DNA of 64,000 nucleotides, from positions 11,770 to 75,769 of the forward strand of contig JAXDQU010000012.1 of NCBI GenBank assembly GCA_034667685.1, given 5' to 3'. The stretch comes from Thermoplasmata archaeon (GTDB taxonomy: Archaea; Thermoplasmatota; SW-10-69-26; JACQPN01; JAJPHT01). Within the stretch, counting starts at the first letter, position 1; each line of letters begins with the position of its first letter. The translations under genes were made by a program, and so were the position numbers. Below the pieces are notes generated by a model. The model worked only from the letters and a program-made list of their open reading frames with translations, was not told where the DNA came from and did no database searches. Below, piece by piece: positions 57,601-64,000 of the stretch.

Positions 57601-57801
57601 CTAGTGCGTCAAGCCCCCGCCATAGGGAAGCTGGTCCGCGTCATCCTGCTTGCGCGTCTGGAACTCGTCGCGCGCCTTCACGCCATACAGGAACGTGGCG
57701 AGCTGCACCGCCGCCACCTGATCGACCTGCCCGAAGCGGCCTTCCAGGGCGGCGTACGCTTCCTCGATGGCATCGTCGAGCGTGTAGGAATGGGCGGCCA
57801 T
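57601..57801 (-). CDS. Small hypothetical protein (66 aa)
   Basis: ATG start, protein-like composition, host-like codons. Confidence 0.6.
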   Translation of the reverse strand: MAAHSYTLDDAIEEAYAALEGRFGQVDQVAAVQLATFLYGVKARDEFQTRKQDDADQLPYGGGLTH

Positions 57802-57879
57802 GCGTCTTGGCTCAGAGACGCAGGCTATGCGGGTTGTGGCGGCAAGAACGATGGAACGGCGAGCAAACGGAGAAAAAAG

Positions 57880-57952
57880 TGGGTCCGCTCAGATTTGAAC
57901 TGAGGTCAAGTGCACCCCAAGCACCAAGGATACCAAGCTACCCCACGGACCC
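57880..57952 (-). tRNA. tRNA-Pro (GGG)
   Basis: Acceptor GGGTCCG/CGGACCC-A, anticodon loop TTGGGGT, T arm CTCAG-TTCAAAT-CTGAG; T-tract downstream; TTAAATAT upstream. Confidence 0.95.
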
Positions 57953-58013
57953 GTGGAGAATTCTTCGGCGGCGCGACCCGCCAGGGGTGGCGCCCCCATC
58001 CTGCTCGCCATAT

Positions 58014-58769
58014 TTAACGATTCGGCGGCGTGGGCGTCGAGGCTTGGCAGGCGAGCGCGGCGCTCGGGACGGTGGCACCGAGGGCGAGGGCGCCGTCGGT
58101 GGCGAGGCCGGCGCGGGGAGGCTGGCGCGTCAGCTCGCCCGGGCTCGCGGTGGAAGGGCTGGTCCAGGCGAACGCGCAGCCGCCCGCACCCGCGGTGCCG
58201 TCTGGAGCGCGGGCCTGTACGCCCGCATCGAGCGCGCCATGGACGACGGGCACGCTGGCCTCGCAGTCTGCCACGGCTGCGCCCTGCGCTTGGGCCACGC
58301 CGCCCGAGCCGGCGGGCGTAGCGCTGGGAACGCTCTGGGTGAGGGTCGCCGAGTCCGCGATTACGGCGGCCTGCGCGCCGACGGGATGGTCGGGGCAGGG
58401 CGGGTTCGGCTCCGCCGCGAGAGGCGCGTCGCACGTGCCCTGCGAGAGGGGGCCACTGCCGCCCAGCAGGAAGCAGTCGCCCAAGCCCGTGACGGGGGCG
58501 ACGCCCGAGGCGGAACAGGCGTGGTCGGCGTCGCAGTACGTGACGAGGCCCGAGTCGCGGCATTTGACCGCAACGCCCACCTCGGGGTGGTCGATGGCGG
58601 GGTTCCAGGCGGAGACGTCGATCGTCTGGCCCGTCACGCAGCGGACCTCGCAGACGGGCGCGGAGACGCTCAGCTGGCACGTGGAGGGGCCCGCTTCGAC
58701 CAGCGGCGGGAGGGAGGCGCCTAGGACGAGGAGCGTGAGCATGGGGAGGATGGCGCGGCGGAGCGGCAT
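58014..58769 (-). CDS. Secreted Cys-rich hypothetical protein
   Basis: Signal peptide ending VEA; more than 10 Cys. Confidence 0.65.
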   Translation of the reverse strand: MPLRRAILPMLTLLVLGASLPPLVEAGPSTCQLSVSAPVCEVRCVTGQTIDVSAWNPAIDHPEVGVAVKCRDSGLVTYCDADHACSASGVAPVTGLGDCFLLGGSGPLSQGTCDAPLAAEPNPPCPDHPVGAQAAVIADSATLTQSVPSATPAGSGGVAQAQGAAVADCEASVPVVHGALDAGVQARAPDGTAGAGGCAFAWTSPSTASPGELTRQPPRAGLATDGALALGATVPSAALACQASTPTPPNR

Positions 58770-58901
58770 GCGGAGGCTTCAGCGACCTGGAGGACTTCGC
58801 GCTTTGCAGGATCTTCCCTGCAAATCGCCATCACGTCGCACCGCGGTGGCGCTGCGCCGGGTCCGCGTCCTGCGATGGCGGGCCGGCGAGAAGGACTTCC
58901 C

Positions 58902-59462
58902 ATGAGATCATTGAGACTAACAGCTGTGCTCCTGAGCGCGCTTCTGATGATGGCCTCGTCGGCCACGGCCACGGCGACGACCGCGATGAACGGCGGCGCC
59001 GCGGTCTGCGACACCCGCACCGGCGCCAGCGCGAGCGCGCAGACGCCCAACTTCCCGCAGAACTTCAGCGTGGTCCACGAGGCGACCGGGATCCTCTGGA
59101 TCAACGTCACGCCCACGCTCCTGGGCGGCCCGTCGGACAGCTGCGTGCTCACGCTCTCGTTCAACGGCGCTCGCTATGGCACGGCGCTGGGCGCGGGCAG
59201 CGGAACCGCCGTGGCGCCCCAGACGACGAGCACGTGCACGGTCGTGGGCGGCGGCGCGACGTGCGCGACGCCCGCGAGCCTTGAAGTGGACTGGACACTG
59301 AATTTCCCGCCGACCATCTACCTCTGGGTGGATTACACCATTACGCTGACCGCCATCAGCGCGTCCACTGGCACCAGCAGCACCACGTCCCAGACCGGGA
59401 CGATGTGGCTTTGGGAGCCCTCGGTCCCGTCGCACCTGCCGGACCCGGGCGAGCTTGTCTGA
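58902..59462 (+). CDS. Secreted Thr/Ser-rich hypothetical protein
   Basis: Signal peptide, 4 Cys, beta-rich composition. Confidence 0.7.
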   Translation: MRSLRLTAVLLSALLMMASSATATATTAMNGGAAVCDTRTGASASAQTPNFPQNFSVVHEATGILWINVTPTLLGGPSDSCVLTLSFNGARYGTALGAGSGTAVAPQTTSTCTVVGGGATCATPASLEVDWTLNFPPTIYLWVDYTITLTAISASTGTSSTTSQTGTMWLWEPSVPSHLPDPGELV

Positions 59463-59468
59463 GACGGC

Positions 59469-60767
59469 TCACGTCTCCTCCCTCCGCACCAGGACCACGA
59501 CGACGTCGCGGACGTTCGTCCCGGTGGGCCCGGTGCGGATGGTATCCTCCAACGCCACGAAGACAGGGTGGCTGTCGTTCTCCTCCAGGTGGGCGTGCGG
59601 GTCGAGGCCGAGCGCCTGGACGCGGGCGAGGCTGCGGCCGTCCACGAGGGCGCCGGCGGCGTCGGTGGGCCCGTCGCGTCCGTCGGTGCCCAGGGCGGCG
59701 AGGAGCGCGTCGTGGCCGGAGAGGCCGTCCATGGCGGCGAGGGCCAGCTCCTGGTTGCGGCCGCCGGTGCCTTGGCCCATGACGCGGACGACGGTCTCGC
59801 CGCCCGCGAGGATCGCCAGCGGGGGCCCGGGCTCCTGGGAGGCGGCGCGGGCGAGGAGGGCCAGCTCGCGGCCGCGCTCGCGCGCCTCGCCGCGGAGCCA
59901 ACCCGGGAGGAGCTTCGTCTCATAGCCTCGGCGCGCGGCTTCGCGGGCCGCGGCGCGCAGCGCGGTCTCGTTGTCGGCGAGCACGTGGGCGCGCACGCGG
60001 GCGAGCGCCGGGTCGCCGGGCTTCGCGGTCTCGGCCTGCGCGGCCTGGAGGTGGCGGCGCACGCTCGCGGGGACGGCGTCGAGGAGGCCGTGCCGCGCGA
60101 GGACGTCGCGCGCGTCGGCGAAGGTCGTCGGGTCGGCGCTCACGGGGCCGGAGCCGAGGCTCGCGAGGTCGCCCGGCTCGACGTCGCTGATCGCGAGCAG
60201 GAGGATCTCGCCGCGGCAGGCGCGCGCCAGGCCGCCCCCCTTGAGGCGCGAGAGGTGGCGGCGCACCGTGTTCACCTCCTCGATGGGCGCGTCGGCGCGC
60301 AGCAGCAGGTCGTTGACGCGCGCGAGGTCGGCGAGGGGGACGGCTGGCGCCTCGCAGAGCGCGCTCGCGCCGCCCGATAGCAAAACCAGGAGCAGGTCGT
60401 CCGGCCCGCACGCTTGCGCCAGGGCGAGCGCGCGCTCGCCGGCCTCGACGCTTCCCGCGGTGGGCGTCGGGTGGCCCCCGACGATGCACGCGAAGCCGGG
60501 CACGTCGACCTCGTGCGGCGCGACCACGAGCGCGTCGGCGAAGGGCCCCCACGGCTGCGCGTGCGCGGCCATGCCTCCGGCCGCCTTGCCGATCGCCAGG
60601 CACCTCACGGCGCGCCCCCGGATCTTCACGCGCGCGCCCTCCGGCAGGACGAGGTCGTCCCCGTCGCGGCGGATCGCGCGCAGGAGCTTCTGCGGGGTGG
60701 CATCCATCAGCGCGGCGCCCAGGATGGCGCGCACGTCGTCACGGGCGGCGTCGAGCCACGTCCTCAT
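59469..60767 (-). CDS. Glycerate 2-kinase (DUF4147/MOFRL)
   Basis: IGKAA, GHPTP, LSGGASAL, LKGGGL, GGETVV, GGRNQE, GTDGRDGPT, TGPTGTNV. Confidence 0.95.
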   Translation of the reverse strand: MRTWLDAARDDVRAILGAALMDATPQKLLRAIRRDGDDLVLPEGARVKIRGRAVRCLAIGKAAGGMAAHAQPWGPFADALVVAPHEVDVPGFACIVGGHPTPTAGSVEAGERALALAQACGPDDLLLVLLSGGASALCEAPAVPLADLARVNDLLLRADAPIEEVNTVRRHLSRLKGGGLARACRGEILLLAISDVEPGDLASLGSGPVSADPTTFADARDVLARHGLLDAVPASVRRHLQAAQAETAKPGDPALARVRAHVLADNETALRAAAREAARRGYETKLLPGWLRGEARERGRELALLARAASQEPGPPLAILAGGETVVRVMGQGTGGRNQELALAAMDGLSGHDALLAALGTDGRDGPTDAAGALVDGRSLARVQALGLDPHAHLEENDSHPVFVALEDTIRTGPTGTNVRDVVVVLVRREET

Positions 60768-61978
60768 GCGCGGCGCTTCCACCGCTTCACGTCGCGGCCC
60801 GAGAGGCGCAGCCCCCCGCGCGCCTCGACGCGATCGAGGATCTCCTGCTCGTCGAGGTCGCGCAGCCCGCGCGGCCCCTCGACGCCCGCCGCCACGAGCG
60901 CCACCGCGCTGTCGATGGGCACGCCGACCTCCTGCACAAGGTTCGCGACGTGGAGCCACGAGGCGAGCGCGTCCGCGGCGAGGCCGGTGCGCGAGGCGAG
61001 GTCGTGCGGGTCGTGGCCGGCCAGCGACGCGAGGCCGTCGACGCCCGCGTCGCGCAGCGCCTGCTCCTCCGCGGGGCCCACGCCGCGCAGCCGGCGCAGG
61101 TCGGTCTCCCCGGTCTCCTCGCCGAGCACCTCGGCCTCGATGGGCTCGTCCTCGACGATCGTCGCCTCGAGGATCTCCTCGTCCGGCAGGACCTCCATCT
61201 CGACGACCTCCTCCTCGACTGGCTGGGGCTGAGGCTCGGGTGGGGGCTCGTCCGCGAAGATCTCCTCCGGGGGCGCCCAGGGCGAGGCGGGCTCCTCCTC
61301 CACGAGGGGCTCGACGGGCACCTCCTCCACGGGCTCCGGCTCGGGCTGCTCGTCCGGCTGCGGCTCGGGCTCCGGCTCCGCGGGCGGGCGGAAGATGTAG
61401 TCGGACTCCGTCTCGGGCTCGACGAAGGGCTGCGGCTCCGCGACGGGCTCGGGCTCGCGGCGCGCCACCTCGAACCCCTCGTCCTCCACGACCGTCTCGC
61501 CGCGCGAGACCTCGAAGAGATCGTCCGTGGGCTCCACGGCCGCCACCTCGTCGTCGAACGTGGGCTCCGGTTCCGGCTCCGGCTCACGGACGGGCATCAC
61601 GGCCTCGGCGGGCTCGTCCTGCGCGTCCGCCATCAGCGGGACCGGCGGCGCCTCGACCAGGGGCTCGGTGATGATATCATAGAGCGGCAGCGGCGCGGGC
61701 TGGGGCTCGGGCTGAGGCTGAGGCTGAGGCTGAGGCTGGGGGGCTGCGGGCGGGATGACGACCGGCGCCGCGGCGGGCGGGAGCGAGGGGCGCTCCAGGA
61801 TGACCGAAGTGCGCGTGGCGACGCGGACCGCGACCTGGCGGTGGAGGCGCGCGCAGACGCCGCACAGGAGGTCCTGGTCCTTCACCGGCTGCGCGAGGCA
61901 CGCCTCGCAGGGCAGGTAGTCGAGCACGAGGCGGAGCTTCGAGCTGGCGTCAGGAAGGTCGCCGGCCATCGCAGCCAT
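60764..61978 (-). CDS. Zn-finger + Pro/Glu-rich linker + helix-hairpin-helix (DUF4332-like) protein
   Basis: CEAC..CGVC; long PEPE/PQPQ region; DLRRLRGVGP..ALRDAGV. Confidence 0.75.
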   Translation of the reverse strand: MAAMAGDLPDASSKLRLVLDYLPCEACLAQPVKDQDLLCGVCARLHRQVAVRVATRTSVILERPSLPPAAAPVVIPPAAPQPQPQPQPQPEPQPAPLPLYDIITEPLVEAPPVPLMADAQDEPAEAVMPVREPEPEPEPTFDDEVAAVEPTDDLFEVSRGETVVEDEGFEVARREPEPVAEPQPFVEPETESDYIFRPPAEPEPEPQPDEQPEPEPVEEVPVEPLVEEEPASPWAPPEEIFADEPPPEPQPQPVEEEVVEMEVLPDEEILEATIVEDEPIEAEVLGEETGETDLRRLRGVGPAEEQALRDAGVDGLASLAGHDPHDLASRTGLAADALASWLHVANLVQEVGVPIDSAVALVAAGVEGPRGLRDLDEQEILDRVEARGGLRLSGRDVKRWKRRA

Positions 61979-62005
61979 GACGGGCGCGCACCGGGAGGCG
62001 CCGCC

Positions 62006-62905
62006 TTAACCCTTGCTGGGCGCGCCGCGCGAGCCGGGCGGCCCGCTCGCGTCATCCTCGGGCTCCACGTGCACGAACGTCTCCTTCACGCCCAGCCGCT
62101 CCGCCAGGCGCCGCTCGACCTCGTCCGCGATCGCGTGCGCGCCCGCCACGTCCTCCTTGTCGACCACGAGGTGCATCTGCACGTACGGCTCGCGCGGCGG
62201 ACCCCGGCTGCGGATGTCGTGCACGCTGCGCACGCCGGGCACCTCCATCACGATCGCCGCCACGTCGGCCGGATCGAACGCGATGCGGTCCGTGAGCACC
62301 GGCAGCACGTCGCGGAACACCGAGTACGCCGCGTACGCAATGAAGAACGCCACGCCCAGCGCGAGAAGCGGGTCGAGCCCCGGCACCCCCAAGCGGTGCA
62401 AGCCCAGACCCACGAGCACGGCCGCCGAGACCGCGATGTCGGCCCGCGCCTGGCGCGAATCCGCCAGCAGCACGTCGCTCCCGTGCCGCCGCGCCTCGCG
62501 CCCCTCCAGCCACGAGACGAGCACGTTCGCCACCAGGCTCGCCACCATCACGCCCAGCGTGAGCAGGTCGACCGCCGTGGCCTGCGGATGCACGACGCGA
62601 TCCACCGCCTGCCGCCCCAGCTCGAAGGCCGTGAGCAGCAGCAGCGCCGAGATGACGAACGCCGCCAGCGTCTCGTACTTCGTGTGCCCGTACGGATGGT
62701 CCTCGTCCGGCGGCCGCGTGGAATATCGCAGGACGAGAAGGGCCACACCGTTCGCCAGCGCATCCACGCCCGAGTGCAACCCATCGCCCACCACCGCCAG
62801 GCTGTTGGCGAGGCTCCCCACGACGATCTTCGCCACCGCGATGAGCAGGTTCGCCACGAGCACCGCGACGATGACCATCTGCACGCGGCGCGCGTAGCCC
62901 TTCAT
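62006..62905 (-). CDS. Cation diffusion facilitator (FieF-like)
   Basis: DGLHSGVD, PPDEDHPYGHTKYE, VHDIRSR, VHVEP. Confidence 0.95.
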   Translation of the reverse strand: MKGYARRVQMVIVAVLVANLLIAVAKIVVGSLANSLAVVGDGLHSGVDALANGVALLVLRYSTRPPDEDHPYGHTKYETLAAFVISALLLLTAFELGRQAVDRVVHPQATAVDLLTLGVMVASLVANVLVSWLEGREARRHGSDVLLADSRQARADIAVSAAVLVGLGLHRLGVPGLDPLLALGVAFFIAYAAYSVFRDVLPVLTDRIAFDPADVAAIVMEVPGVRSVHDIRSRGPPREPYVQMHLVVDKEDVAGAHAIADEVERRLAERLGVKETFVHVEPEDDASGPPGSRGAPSKG

Positions 62906-63133
62906 TCTCCGACGTTATGCCTGGTCGAGGGGATGAGACTGACGGATGCGGGGCGCTAGGAGAGTTGCAGCGGGGCAAACTGGGGGCGGTCGGGGCGCTC
63001 CGGCTCCCGCGTCGCGCGGACCGCCAACACGCGGACACGCCAACACGCCACGCGGGGCAGGGCGGCGGCAGGCCCGGGGGGCCCGCACGCGGCAGCAACT
63101 TGAAATGGCGCCGACGATTTGCGCCACGCAGCC

Positions 63134-63266
63134 GCGCCCGTGATGAAGCGGTATCATCGCGCGGGAAGGGCCCGCCACAGGCGGGAGGGCCCCGCGCGAG
63201 AGCCCTGACGCGCCGCTTGCGGCGCGTGCGGGCGGATGGAAGCCTTCCAAGCCGCGCCCGGGTTCG
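63134..63266 (+). pseudogene. Interrupted partial copy of tRNA-Gly
   Basis: 5' arm 63134-63157, ~78-nt two-hairpin insert, anticodon/T-arm part 63236-63266; no 3' acceptor strand. Confidence 0.75.
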
Positions 63267-63327
63267 GGAAAGGAGTCACGGCTCCGGCATCAGGTTCAAG
63301 CGGCGAGGCCCGTGTGCGCCCATACGC

Positions 63328-63398
63328 GCACCCGTGATGAAGCGGTATCATGGAAGCCTTCCAAGCTTCTCGCCCGGGTTCGAATCCCGGCGGGTGCA
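63328..63398 (+). tRNA. tRNA-Gly (TCC)
   Basis: Acceptor GCACCCG/CGGGTGC-A, anticodon arm GAAGC-CTTCCAA-GCTTC, T arm CCGGG-TTCGAAT-CCCGG. Confidence 0.96.
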
Positions 63399-63406
63399 TT
63401 CGAAAC

Positions 63407-63898
63407 TCATGCCGAGTCTACATCGGTAAGCACCAAAGTCGCTTCCAAGCGATGCGTTACTGCGTTCCCCTGGTCTTCGTGAACGTGCTCATGAGCCAGT
63501 CGCCGCCGCACACGGCTTCCTGCTGGCGCGCGCTCCGCTCGTACGCGTTCGTTCTTCGTCATGTTCACGCTCTCGTGGCTGTGCCAAGCCGCCACCCGGG
63601 CGTAGTCGAACTCCCACTCGATCAGGCGCGCGTTCACGCTTCCATCCACTTCTACGTCAGCCGGGTACAGCACAAACAATGCGTGCCATGTCTTCCTCAA
63701 AGAAACAGAACGCAAAAACCGCCCCACCGTACTCCTCATCCACGACCGAGGAAGCTGGGACCGAAGCCAACCACGACTCCTCGACTTGCGCCACAAGACC
63801 ATCCGCGAGGATTCCGTAGCCGAATCGAATGCCGGAAGCGCCAACTCAAACACCGATTCGACTGCTACCTGGCAAGCCTTCCCACCCAATAGCCGCAA
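63407..63898 (-). CDS. Possible hypothetical protein in lower-GC DNA
   Basis: Open frame ending 9 nt from the tRNA; no recognisable motif. Confidence 0.25.
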   Translation of the reverse strand: MRLLGGKACQVAVESVFELALPAFDSATESSRMVLWRKSRSRGWLRSQLPRSWMRSTVGRFLRSVSLRKTWHALFVLYPADVEVDGSVNARLIEWEFDYARVAAWHSHESVNMTKNERVRAERAPAGSRVRRRLAHEHVHEDQGNAVTHRLEATLVLTDVDSA

Positions 63899-64000
63899 GA
63901 AAACTATGCTCCGCTAGCTCGAAGCCTACGCGATCGTCTGGAACGCCACCCCACCCCAAGTGGGCAGTGCCGGACGCGGGGGGGGGGGGGGGGGGGGGGG

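Noticed and set aside
63977-64000. Terminal poly-G run as a G-quadruplex or regulatory tract
   Set aside because: At the sequence end; most likely a sequencing or assembly artefact

Overview
High-GC archaeal chromosome segment. Archaeal markers: eS17, eL37, SmAP/Lsm, deoxyhypusine synthase, PurP, RibC/RibL, RPA pair, HerA-Mre11-Rad50. A Thermoplasmatota affiliation is my inference only. It holds about 65 genes (glmU-glmS-glmM, rib operon, DNA repair, purine genes, transporters, many orphan secreted or lipoproteins), tRNA-Pro(GGG), tRNA-Gly(TCC) and a probable C/D-box sRNA. No CRISPR array or intact transposase/integrase was seen. The most unusual signals are: (1) a dozen or more intergenic palindromes built from 6-9 nt tandem units, one of which encloses an atypical 230-codon orphan ORF like a loaded mobile cassette; (2) a near-palindromic octamer TG(A/C)TA(G/T)CA recurring about every 2.5 kb, even through rare codons inside genes; (3) recoded duplicate 3' ends behind purP and the Lsm gene, plus an interrupted partial tRNA-Gly copy; (4) a membrane Ser/Thr kinase paired with an HTH-FHA regulator; (5) a Hod/AqdC-like cofactor-free dioxygenase. 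All family calls come from motif recognition by eye, not database searches.
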